Of a stretch of DNA of 64,000 nt, positions 39,904 to 50,469 are shown one piece after another. Position numbers and translations under genes: made by a program. The DNA comes from Paraphysomonas bandaiensis. Lineage: Eukaryota; Protista; Chrysophyceae. The stretch's first letter is position 1; every line of letters starts with the position of its first letter. The notes beneath the pieces were generated by a model, which saw nothing but the letters and a program-made list of their open reading frames with translations, ran no database searches and had not been told where the DNA came from. The DNA lies in NCBI GenBank assembly GCA_965644295.1, contig CBFFRP010000143.1:62001-126000 (forward strand), in the 5' to 3' direction.

Positions 39904-40797
39904 TGTGGCATTTGAGTGGGTTAGATGTACCATGTACTTGCATTAATGTGGCAAGAGTGGTGACACAGTTTCCTCTTTACTTTTTGCGGCGTTGTCCCAA
40001 TCAACTCAGCGCTGTAGAATCATTGCAACGAGCCTGCTTAATAATGTACATGATCAAATGATTGGTTACTTTTTATGGTTCAAGCTAGGTTACGGACAAG
40101 AAGTTTGAACTAGAATGCTGTAGAGAGATTTAGTGTATTAGATATTTTACGCACATCATGATTACTCATGAATGCACACAAGAATCTGAAATCATAGTGC
40201 TTTCTACGGGGTCTCAGCGATTGCCTAGCTCATTCTTATTCAGTTAACATTACTTTGGTTACTACATACATTTATGATTCGCCTATATATTTATTACTAA
40301 TTTTATTTGCAGTGTATACATCATACATGACATCCACAGTCCACAGTAAGTTTTAGTACATATACTGGGTCTTTTATCTTTCCTTACTGCTTACTTACTT
40401 ACCACATTTTTGGGGCAAATGTTCGTAATTTGTGATGTTCATGTTCTCATTGTACATACCAGTTTGGCACAATCTACATTAAGTTGACATGGATGTGATA
40501 TTATCTCAGACATCTACTCTCATTTATCATGTAGGTACTGGAAGATAACTCAAGCATGTAGCGATGCCTTATAATATATGGAGCTGAAAGAGCTAAGAAA
40601 ACAAAATAACAGCAACGGAATATTCAAATTATTCCCTCACAAACTAATGCTGAGTTATACCAGGTCATATATTAAATTTCTTGGCAAGCGGTATTATATA
40701 AGACTACCAAAGTACATACCGAGCAGACATATTTCACCAAAAAACCATCACCAGTGCAATAAATTGTATCAACACTATGACTTTGTGCAACATATTC

Positions 40798-41841
40798 TTA
40801 ACGGCCAGAAGTAGTTGCGGGCTGAGAAAAAGCAGGGATCCCCTGAAGCTTGTACTGATTAGTCAAGACAGACTGCTTGAACACTATCTCAGAGTACACT
40901 CCGTTAACTTGACCGCGAAGATCTAAACGCAACATGTGAGAAGAGACAGAAAGTCTATAGAAACGCACCCTTGAAAGTTCGTTCAGCATCAGAGGAGGAA
41001 AACTTCGCATCACCAATGGGTTCCACTGCATTGACACTTTTGATAATATACGACAAATGAGCACGTAACCCGTCCTCATCCTACAATACAGTCAAAACAT
41101 CGCGCATTTATCATATGTGGAACCCACCAAATGATGAATGTTCTCAATAACTCTGCAAATGAAGAGTGCAAGAGTCAGAATAAAATCGGAACTACAACCT
41201 GCACATACCTGTCTAAAGCAGCATCATAGTAGTCCAACGCGGTCACACGGGATAACACAAGCCCAACAGCTTGTAGTGTGGGGAGGTCAGAGGTCAACAA
41301 CTGCCTAACCTCAGGCTTGTCGTCAGAGATAGAGCTACTAATAAGGCAAGTGGAATCATATCCTTCCATCATATAAGGGGCCTCGGCAGGGTCGGCTTCC
41401 AAAGCCATGATTTTCTCCAGGTTGTCGCACGCATCAGAATTTTTCATATTGTACAACACAATGCTGCCGTATTTAAAGATATCAAAAGCAACTCTATTCT
41501 GTCGGTCAACATAAACAGATAAACAGTTCACGCTTTTTACTTGCTTCATGCCACTGAGTTCGCTACCAACCTTTTGAAGATCAAGAGATCTAGAGTAGAA
41601 ATTATAATTACCCAAAACAACAACAAGCACACACCTTCCCAGATGGTATGAACGAATTACTTCTGCCACTTCTTTCTCTTCATCATCTTCGGCCAGGGTA
41701 AATGTGGCAATATTGGATGCATTGCGCATAAGGGCGCTTCTGGGCATCACAATATTTCTGGAAACTGCAGTATGTCGGAAAGAAGTATATCAATATTAAT
41801 TGCAATAAGATAATATTCCTACCTGCACGGAGTGTAAACAT
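40798..41841 (-). CDS. RMD1/DUF155 (RMND1/YagE)-like protein, divergent, multi-exon
   Basis: IRSYHLGRSLDL, FDIFKYGSIVLYNM and AVGLVLSRVTALDYYD match the DUF155 pattern (vF.yG.vVfwn; s.aLaqS..Ld.yE). Several ~45-55 nt introns. Confidence 0.6.
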
Positions 41842-43099
41842 TGTGAGTTTTAATTACTTGCAGAAGTTGCAATAATATGATTCGATATACACCTCGCTCT
41901 GGCTTGCTATGTAATTACCAATATATGGGCTTGGTTTACACACAACTCTAAGCATACAATCGGCAATGCAAGTAAGTATGCTGAGCCCACACACACAAAA
42001 CACAACCAACTTCATCCTAAAAAAATATCATGAAAGGCCAAAAACTGAAAATCGTGAACATCATGACATGCCAGAATCTCTCAACAATAAAAAAAATGCG
42101 TCTATAGCGGTATACCGCAGTATACACTGCTGTATGTACCCTTGGCACTGCTATCATATCATCATCATGATCCATATGATCATGTATATCGGAGAGCAGT
42201 CTGGGGCGGTGCCAGTTTGGAATCATAAATAACTCATTGATATATCATAGTAAGGTGGCAGATTCACTGGCTGCCCCTATAACCCCCTGGAGTAGATATT
42301 GATATATCCTGTGCATTCAGTTATTACGAATATGAGGCTGTAGGGATCAGTTGTTCAGATAAAAGCAGATATCGATACTCGTGTGTGCTTCAGCAGGAAT
42401 AAATCAATCATATGGCTTGTGGGAGAAAGGAGTGGCGCTTTATAAACATTCCCTAGCAGAGCAAATTAATGAATGAGAGCTACAAGTAATAAACATGTGA
42501 TGGATTCCAGACACTATCTAAACCACTGCTGTAAGGAAACAAAGTCACGATCTTGCGCTACTGAATTGAAATTAAACATATTAGTGTCACCTGTTAAACT
42601 AGTGAGCAGTGCCGCCATAACGAAGAGTCTGGCCTGAACAGTCTCAGTGACCTGAAACCCACCTTTTCCTCCCTTGAAGTTGGCGAAGTAGACAAGTTTG
42701 TAGCAGGAATCTTGTATCTTGACAATATCAGCTTTGTGTACTTTTACAATACCGGAGATGCTGTGGATGTCTTGCCAAACAGTGATAGGAATGTCAGCTG
42801 TTAGGTCTACACGAGTCTATCTATTCTGCTCTCTGCAGTTAACCAAAGGAGTGACTGTAGGCAATTAACTTATCCAGAGTACTTGATAGTTAAATGTGAG
42901 TGGGCATATTCGCTATGGATCACTCTTGGAGAGGGACAAATATTCATAGCAGAACTTTCCAATCGATTATCTTTCTCTACTCTTACGAATAGATTTCTGC
43001 TTAGAACCTGGCAGGAATATGTTAACACCCAACCTGCAGTCGACTAGCATTCGTATTAATAGGAATTAAGCCGCTGGGCGCCTACTGGGCATTGTACCA

Positions 43100-44050
43100 C
43101 TGTCTCATGTGGCATTATCACTTACTCTCGACGGGCCGCCAAATTGCGAGGTGGAAACCCTTCAGGACATGCAGATGGGTAGGATTTTCTCAAAGCAGAT
43201 TTCATTGAGAAATTTTCATTTGAGGACCAGTAATTTTACAGCAAAACTACACCAGTTACAATGATGGGTCTGAAGGTTGTCATTTGAATTGTTTCGTATA
43301 GTTCCCGAAGGATTTCTGTGAGCTACAGATGGTTACGATTCTTTAACGCTGCTTCGTGTAATTTAGTCGGTTGTTAACTCGTAATCGTCTAAATAAGGAT
43401 CACAGCTTAGTGACTGAAAAAGTACTATCTACTGTTAGGTATGAAGCTCTTTCTCAAGGTAATACTGCTGTTGCGAAAGTTCAAGCTATTTGTCGTGCCA
43501 TGATACGTCATAGATGCCAGTGGCAGCCGTTATATTGTTTCATACTTTCAATTGTAGATATCGAAACGATTGAAGACCAGGTGAAGGCATATCTACTTAA
43601 ATATTACGTTTTCATCTCATGTGCAAAGCTGGAAGAGGACCCTGATATATTGGGTGCTCTAGATGATCTAGCCTAATACAGCCCAGTGGTGTCGAGGATC
43701 TTAAGTGGTTTCAGAAATGAAGTTAGAAATATCTGATATTAAATTTGAAAGTGGCTTTTAACAGGAGAAAGTTACTGTCTTTGAGCATGCGCTTGTCACA
43801 GTGTGTCTATGTGGCAGATTTGTATTGAAAAACTAGAGCTTATAACATTGCCACACAGAAACCTCTCTTGTAAGGTGAATACGGAGTTCGTTTACAGCAG
43901 CTCGAGATTCGGTAGGCGATTAGGGCGACTTCACTTTAAAGGGAGATGATACCAAGGGTACTCTGTGGGGAAGATTCTCAACAGCTTCAACTATGTTTCG
44001 CTTTCATGCTCTCTGTTAATATATTCCTCATTATCATCTCAATGAAGAGC
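43100..44050 (+). pseudogene. Possible heavily decayed hAT-like transposase remnant
   Basis: Broken frames give LSLTLDG, ATDG, DHSL and AKVQAICRAM in the order expected for hAT catalytic motifs. Many stops and frameshifts, so support is weak. Confidence 0.28.
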
Positions 44051-45088
44051 TGTTGGTAAGACGTAGAAACCGTGGGAGTTGTGAACAACATCAGTATTGC
44101 TGGTGCATTTATCAGTATTTAGATTTACAGCTCAGAAGTGTAACAGAGAGAAATGTTTGATACTTTAATTGAAAAAAGGAGTGCTTTAGACTGTACTTTG
44201 TTGACTTGTAATTTAAATGTCTTCGTAGCACATAGCAGCATCAAGTGTATTTAGTTTTCCAACAATTCGAAAGGTGTAGTTTGCAGCTGAGCTAGTACTA
44301 AGGTAATTCATTGCTTGGTTGTAGACATGTAGGTAGGCGTTTCTTTTACTTTGCAAGTGGACGAACAAGTATGATACTATGGTGTACCCGTTAAACTTAG
44401 CTAGGCAATCGCTATTAGGAATTGCACTGCACATTGAAGTAGCCGTTCTCTACTTGTAGTGCATAATACAATAGAATACGTATTATAGCCAGAACTAATA
44501 TTGACTAATTTGAAAGCAACAAGCAATCATGTATAGTAATTGCATAAGAGTCAATGGACGAAAACATCTAATATCCAGAACTGTAATGGTGTCTGTTCAT
44601 CTGCTCAAAATATCTGGTTCGACATATATATGATTATTGTTTACTATGCATTAAATATATACTCTGGAGGTCTTATTATTAGCAATAGGCGTTAAGAATC
44701 AGCACCAGCTCAGTAGCTAGAAGATATCTAGTCAAGCTAGATAGACGTCTACCTGTAACTATCTAGTACTAACTCAATTATATCCTACTATTTAACGTTA
44801 CGGAGGCTGCTTATATGCGTCGCCGCAAGCACCAAGGCGCAACCATCTCCGCTCTATTGCTCAAAGCAGAATGTTGATATACCTGATATCTGCTGACTTC
44901 AGTGTTTTTGAGTCCTTAAGGTAAACACCCCAGATGCTTGACTTCAGCAGGCAGCCCAATACCTCAGATGCCCTTGAGGTGGTCCCATTCCGGGATGCTT
45001 GTTTATTCGTCAAGCCCAGAGACGTCTACAAAAGTGACACTTATTAATATCCCTTGTACCACACAAGCATTCGGCTATCTGCTGTCTA
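43446..45088 (+). repeat. 1,643-bp direct repeat, copy 1 (left flank of the LINE)
   Basis: Matches 48015-49656 from GCTCTTTCTCAAGG to GCTGTCTA. The only difference I noticed is CTCAAAATATC vs CTCAAATATC. Confidence 0.95.
44660..45088 (-). mobile_element. SINE-like element copy C, cut by the LINE insertion (head absent)
   Basis: Identical to 49228-49656. Breaks at GCTGTCTA, where the LINE 3' tail starts. Confidence 0.9.
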
Positions 45089-48014
45089 GTAGTGAATGTC
45101 TGATTATTTAGCAATAGGCGTTGAGACCTTGCATCAATTAGTGGCTAGAAGAATGCTAGTCATACTAGTTAGACCACTACCCGTAACTAATCAATACAAA
45201 CTCTTTTATCCTACTATTTAACGCTACGAAAGCTGCTTGTGCGTCGCCGCAAGCACCAAGGTGCAACCACTTCCGTTCTTTTTGTGTGATATGAAATTCG
45301 CCTTTATCGTGTGTCCGTGGACTCACCGGCGCTTTTGATCTGGGGGTCTCCCTTTGGGATGGGTCTCCATTGGTTTTGGAGGGGGCTCAGCATTCTGAAT
45401 TAGGGTCCTGAGTGCACCTAGTTCCAGATGTGTGGGTTGGGAGTGGTGGGGATTGTTGGGAGGAGGAGTTGGGTTTGTAGTATGTGTTACTGTGCTCCTG
45501 TGGGGCCGCGGGTGTAGATAGAGTTGTCGAAGCCGTCGGCGTTGTGGAGGTCTGGGCAGTCCAGTGCTCTGTCGGGTAGGACCTGTGAGGTGTGCACGTG
45601 TGTCTGGAGTCGGATACGCTGTGGGGGGTCTTCGTTGGACCCCTAGTAGTCGAAGGACTCTCGGACGTTGTCTTGACTGACTGCGTTTCGGACGGGGTCT
45701 CGGGAGTAGCCTGGGCGGCCTTTTGGACATGGTGATATAGCGACAACCGCGATCCTGTAACATAAGCTTCGCTGCAGTGTAAAGCGGTTGCAGGAGATTA
45801 ATAACCACTGTTTCTAGGTTCCGTAGACTGTGAGCCGTCAGGTGGTTGTGTATGTCATCTCCGAAGACCGTTTCCAGTTGGGCTGCTGTGATGGTTCCAG
45901 TCCAGTATCTCTCGACCTGTGGGATGGAGGGATTCCAGGCTCTGCTGGAGAGTCTCCGTAGTGCAGATGTGATCCAGTTGGGTAAGGTCTGAGTTCTCTG
46001 TATTTCGTGTAGCACATTTTTATGCGATTGAAATGCAGTTTCCCTTATTTGGGTGATGGATTCATGTGTGCAGTCGAGGCACATATGTTTTAGGGAATCT
46101 AGTCGAAACCCGCAGTCAGAGCATGCGGCTTTGGTCAGGTCAAGCCCCTGTTTGGTTTTGGCCCGGTTCCTCCCTATGCAGAAAGATTTGTCCCATGTCA
46201 GTGCCGTGTTGAGAATTCTTTGGCGTAGATTTGAGCTGAGTTTGTCTTTGGATGCACTGCCATCCGCTTGAGCTAGTTTGCGCGGGAGGTGTACTCCGCT
46301 ATTGGTCCAGTAGCCAGGCGCTCGATCAGGATTGTTTCCGTAGCGTTGATCTCTGGTTGAAGTGTAGTTCTCAAGTGTCCTTAGGTCGCAGAGATCTTGG
46401 AAATCAGTAAGGAGTGGGCTAGAGTAGTATGGCCGTCTTGTACTGTGCAAACGCCAGTGCCATAATCCAGCGGTTAGTAAGCGTTCAATGGCACTGTCAA
46501 TCGCAATTGTACAGACAGTGTAGTTATTTTTTCCAAGGATGCGATCGACTTCATGCCAGTCTTCACCCGCGACTGCGTCCGCAATATAGATGCCCTTGTC
46601 CTCAAACGTCCACTCCGTTTCATCTGTGGTACGTCGTTCGGGATGGGACCTCACCCAGGTCACCTGTCTTTTGCAATCTCTACTGGCCGCGATGCTTTCG
46701 AGTAGTACCCCTTTTGCACGGTGACCGAGAGCTCTGCGTCTTGTGGAGAGTGCTTCCTCAGTACGGGTGCACACTGCCTGACAGTCTGTGTGGCTTCTTA
46801 TGTGTTCGGGAATGCGTGTTGAGAGTATAAGCCCCATGGCTGTGCCTATGAGTTCATATGCGTATGAGTCCAAACCTGGCACATCACGAAAGGGTGTATC
46901 TAGTCGTAGTATTATGGTTGTACCATCTTCCCAGGCATTTTCTGGGGGTAAGTAGTAGACGACCGCTGCACCTCCTCGGTGTGTCCATCGTGTTCGCGGA
47001 TTGACATGAGTGAGGCGACGCGTGGAGAGCGTACTGGCTGTGTATGATCCATCTGTGAAGATTGCCTTGAAAGTATCTGGTTGGACGCTATTAAGGCCGA
47101 GTTCTTGTTTTAGATTGGTCAGCATGTGTTCATCCTGTGGTTCGGGGGGCTCAGGTTGCTGAAGGGTAAGGCCCAATTCCGTTCCCCATTCCCTGAGGCT
47201 GAGAACATAGTGGTGGTATTGGGGCTGTGGCTCTGTTGTCTGAGTGAGTAGAAAATGTGCTGCTTGACCTGCTTCTCCCCCGAGGGTTATTGCGCGCTGT
47301 AGAGATCCCCATTTTTGCTCCTGCGCCGAGTCTGAGAAACGTTTCATACCTAATCCGTTGTGCTTGAGTGAGAGGTAGATCAGTTCCGTGGGGTATCCAG
47401 GGCCTAGACTGAGGGCCTTTCTGTAGAGGGTTGCGCAAGCAGCGTCAATTTCTCTGTACCAGTGTAGCGGCCATGAAGCTTTGGTGGCTCTATAGAGCAA
47501 AGTCGGTATGATTTGGGTCTCGATAACCATGACTTTACAGCCGGCTGAGGCCTGTTTAATCCCTAGGTGTGTGGTCACGACTTTCAGGTATTTTAGACAC
47601 CAATCATGGGAGGCCTTGTCTGTGATTGTGAGAGGAAGGTCTGCTCCGAGGTAATGTATCGACTCTAGTGATGTTTGGATAGGGACTGGGTGTGGACGCC
47701 ACGACCAGTCGTAGAGAATGATGTAGCCAATGGGGTCGGAGGACTTGTTGGAATCTTGTAGGATCGGAAACACTGTGCAAACTACTTTGGGGATAGAGAG
47801 CTCCATTCCCGAAAGTACGCAGAACGCAGATATTTGTTGGGCAATGAGTTGGGCAGCGTGTATGGATTTAGCTATTGTGTTAAGATCATCCGCGAAGGAG
47901 ATCTTTATTTCGCCGGTAGTCGGAGTCGTGAGTTGAATAGTTGGTAACGTTGGACTCGTTGTTGACAGTTCAATGTCCAGCCACGTGAGAAGGATGTCGT
48001 AGAGTGCCACCCAG
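45089..48014 (-). mobile_element. 5'-truncated non-LTR retrotransposon (RT, RNase H, Cys/His finger) with ~230-nt 3' UTR
   Basis: Open ORF with RT, RNase H and zinc-finger motifs. The 3' UTR ends TGCTAAATAATCAGACATTCACTAC. A second 3' fragment lies at 1992-2256. Confidence 0.92.
45323..48010 (-). CDS. LINE ORF2 C-terminal part: RT core end, RNase H, CxxC-H-C finger, Arg/Pro-rich tail
   Basis: RT: ISFADD, GMELSIPK, HYLGA, HNGLGM. RNase H: IFTDGS, SYAYEL, HTDCQA, WVRSH, GIYIADAVA. Finger: CSDCGFRLDSLKHMCLDC. No true start codon, since the ORF begins mid-RT. Confidence 0.9.
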   Translation of the reverse strand: MALYDILLTWLDIELSTTSPTLPTIQLTTPTTGEIKISFADDLNTIAKSIHAAQLIAQQISAFCVLSGMELSIPKVVCTVFPILQDSNKSSDPIGYIILYDWSWRPHPVPIQTSLESIHYLGADLPLTITDKASHDWCLKYLKVVTTHLGIKQASAGCKVMVIETQIIPTLLYRATKASWPLHWYREIDAACATLYRKALSLGPGYPTELIYLSLKHNGLGMKRFSDSAQEQKWGSLQRAITLGGEAGQAAHFLLTQTTEPQPQYHHYVLSLREWGTELGLTLQQPEPPEPQDEHMLTNLKQELGLNSVQPDTFKAIFTDGSYTASTLSTRRLTHVNPRTRWTHRGGAAVVYYLPPENAWEDGTTIILRLDTPFRDVPGLDSYAYELIGTAMGLILSTRIPEHIRSHTDCQAVCTRTEEALSTRRRALGHRAKGVLLESIAASRDCKRQVTWVRSHPERRTTDETEWTFEDKGIYIADAVAGEDWHEVDRILGKNNYTVCTIAIDSAIERLLTAGLWHWRLHSTRRPYYSSPLLTDFQDLCDLRTLENYTSTRDQRYGNNPDRAPGYWTNSGVHLPRKLAQADGSASKDKLSSNLRQRILNTALTWDKSFCIGRNRAKTKQGLDLTKAACSDCGFRLDSLKHMCLDCTHESITQIRETAFQSHKNVLHEIQRTQTLPNWITSALRRLSSRAWNPSIPQVERYWTGTITAAQLETVFGDDIHNHLTAHSLRNLETVVINLLQPLYTAAKLMLQDRGCRYITMSKRPPRLLPRPRPKRSQSRQRPRVLRLLGVQRRPPTAYPTPDTRAHLTGPTRQSTGLPRPPQRRRLRQLYLHPRPHRSTVTHTTNPTPPPNNPHHSQPTHLELGALRTLIQNAEPPPKPMETHPKGRPPDQKRR

Positions 48015-49656
48015 GCTCTTTCTCAAGGTAATACTGCTGTTGCGAAAGTTCAAGCTATTTGTCGTGCCATGATACGTCATAGATGCCAGTGGCAGCCGTT
48101 ATATTGTTTCATACTTTCAATTGTAGATATCGAAACGATTGAAGACCAGGTGAAGGCATATCTACTTAAATATTACGTTTTCATCTCATGTGCAAAGCTG
48201 GAAGAGGACCCTGATATATTGGGTGCTCTAGATGATCTAGCCTAATACAGCCCAGTGGTGTCGAGGATCTTAAGTGGTTTCAGAAATGAAGTTAGAAATA
48301 TCTGATATTAAATTTGAAAGTGGCTTTTAACAGGAGAAAGTTACTGTCTTTGAGCATGCGCTTGTCACAGTGTGTCTATGTGGCAGATTTGTATTGAAAA
48401 ACTAGAGCTTATAACATTGCCACACAGAAACCTCTCTTGTAAGGTGAATACGGAGTTCGTTTACAGCAGCTCGAGATTCGGTAGGCGATTAGGGCGACTT
48501 CACTTTAAAGGGAGATGATACCAAGGGTACTCTGTGGGGAAGATTCTCAACAGCTTCAACTATGTTTCGCTTTCATGCTCTCTGTTAATATATTCCTCAT
48601 TATCATCTCAATGAAGAGCTGTTGGTAAGACGTAGAAACCGTGGGAGTTGTGAACAACATCAGTATTGCTGGTGCATTTATCAGTATTTAGATTTACAGC
48701 TCAGAAGTGTAACAGAGAGAAATGTTTGATACTTTAATTGAAAAAAGGAGTGCTTTAGACTGTACTTTGTTGACTTGTAATTTAAATGTCTTCGTAGCAC
48801 ATAGCAGCATCAAGTGTATTTAGTTTTCCAACAATTCGAAAGGTGTAGTTTGCAGCTGAGCTAGTACTAAGGTAATTCATTGCTTGGTTGTAGACATGTA
48901 GGTAGGCGTTTCTTTTACTTTGCAAGTGGACGAACAAGTATGATACTATGGTGTACCCGTTAAACTTAGCTAGGCAATCGCTATTAGGAATTGCACTGCA
49001 CATTGAAGTAGCCGTTCTCTACTTGTAGTGCATAATACAATAGAATACGTATTATAGCCAGAACTAATATTGACTAATTTGAAAGCAACAAGCAATCATG
49101 TATAGTAATTGCATAAGAGTCAATGGACGAAAACATCTAATATCCAGAACTGTAATGGTGTCTGTTCATCTGCTCAAATATCTGGTTCGACATATATATG
49201 ATTATTGTTTACTATGCATTAAATATATACTCTGGAGGTCTTATTATTAGCAATAGGCGTTAAGAATCAGCACCAGCTCAGTAGCTAGAAGATATCTAGT
49301 CAAGCTAGATAGACGTCTACCTGTAACTATCTAGTACTAACTCAATTATATCCTACTATTTAACGTTACGGAGGCTGCTTATATGCGTCGCCGCAAGCAC
49401 CAAGGCGCAACCATCTCCGCTCTATTGCTCAAAGCAGAATGTTGATATACCTGATATCTGCTGACTTCAGTGTTTTTGAGTCCTTAAGGTAAACACCCCA
49501 GATGCTTGACTTCAGCAGGCAGCCCAATACCTCAGATGCCCTTGAGGTGGTCCCATTCCGGGATGCTTGTTTATTCGTCAAGCCCAGAGACGTCTACAAA
49601 AGTGACACTTATTAATATCCCTTGTACCACACAAGCATTCGGCTATCTGCTGTCTA
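48015..49656 (+). repeat. 1,642-bp direct repeat, copy 2 (right flank of the LINE)
   Basis: Matches 43446-45088. The same 73-aa ORF is listed at 44213 and 48782. Confidence 0.95.
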
Positions 49657-49749
49657 TGTTTGCGGCTCACGTTAGTTTCCCGGAGAAATATATCCGGTGC
49701 ATATCCCTCAGAACTCCTCGAAAAGGTGCGAGTCCGACTTTGTTGAGGG
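49228..49749 (-). mobile_element. SINE-like element copy D, full length (522 bp)
   Basis: TSD-like TGCATTAAATATA (49215-49227) / TGCATTGAATATA (49750-49762). 5' end CCCTCAACAAAGTCGGACTCG. The 3' ~180 nt are homologous to the LINE 3' UTR. Confidence 0.88.
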
Positions 49750-50469
49750 TGCATTGAATATAAATAATGATGTTACTAAATTATTATAATCTGTTAGTTC
49801 AGCAATAGTGAGACGAATCAGTTGGTACTGTACAGTCGTTTCAGTTCTGCAGTATGATGCAATATATATTTTGCGATTGATGTAGGTTAGTAGTGTGAAA
49901 TAGGTGAAATCAACTCATACGTGTAACGGGAGAACATAGTTACAAGTTACAAAGGAAGTAAATTCAGTTACTGATGTGTGACTATGTCAGTTATAGGAAT
50001 GACTAAAGCGCATATGATAAACAATTGCTGAGAACAGATGTCACATGAAAATGATGTGAAGTGTTGAGTTTAATAATTTCTATATTAAGGTACAGTGTGT
50101 TCAACAAAGCAAGGTTATGATTATAATTCAAAACTTAATTTCAGTCACTGTGCCAGGCACATAAGTGAGAGAATTCGTGCGTGAATCAGATATAAGCCCA
50201 ATAATGATAGGTTGTAACCAAAAAATGGAGTATTAGTAAAGCATTTCACACAAGCAAAGATGTAAAAATAACAATTCGATTAAACATGAACAAGTGAAGA
50301 TAGTGTGATGATAAAATCGCTCATTCTATCTGTGCCAGAAAATCTTTGAAAACAGAACACGGTAGCCGAGGCTGAAGTCTTTTACATCAGGCCACTATGA
50401 CCTTAATGAAAATGCACCGTATATGTCGTACATCATCAAATAACTAATTGCTCACACGCTATATACAAA

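Noticed and set aside
44213-44434. 73-aa ORF present twice (also 48782-49003)
   Set aside because: Identical only because it lies in the duplication. No ATG-based gene structure or recognisable domain.
43446-49656. The 1.64-kb direct repeats as LTRs of an LTR or DIRS element
   Set aside because: No TG...CA ends, PBS, integrase or tyrosine recombinase. The repeat cuts through a SINE, and the enclosed ORF is non-LTR type with its own 3' tail found independently at 1992-2256.
49670-49715. U1- or U3-snRNA-like words (ATGCAC loop, GGGAAACT, CGTGAG...GATGA) in the SINE head
   Set aside because: No ATACTTACCTG 5' end, Sm site or full box set. The matches are too short to support homology.
49670-49715. 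Hammerhead ribozyme core (CTGA...GAAA)
   Set aside because: Reads CTGAGGG rather than CTGANGA and is not conserved in the other copies.
49664-49735. SINE head as a tRNA (cloverleaf-like, 72 nt; GTTCGA on the opposite strand in copy E)
   Set aside because: No A box, T-loop or anticodon geometry on the sense strand. The GTTCGA is antisense and reads GTCCGA in copies B and D.
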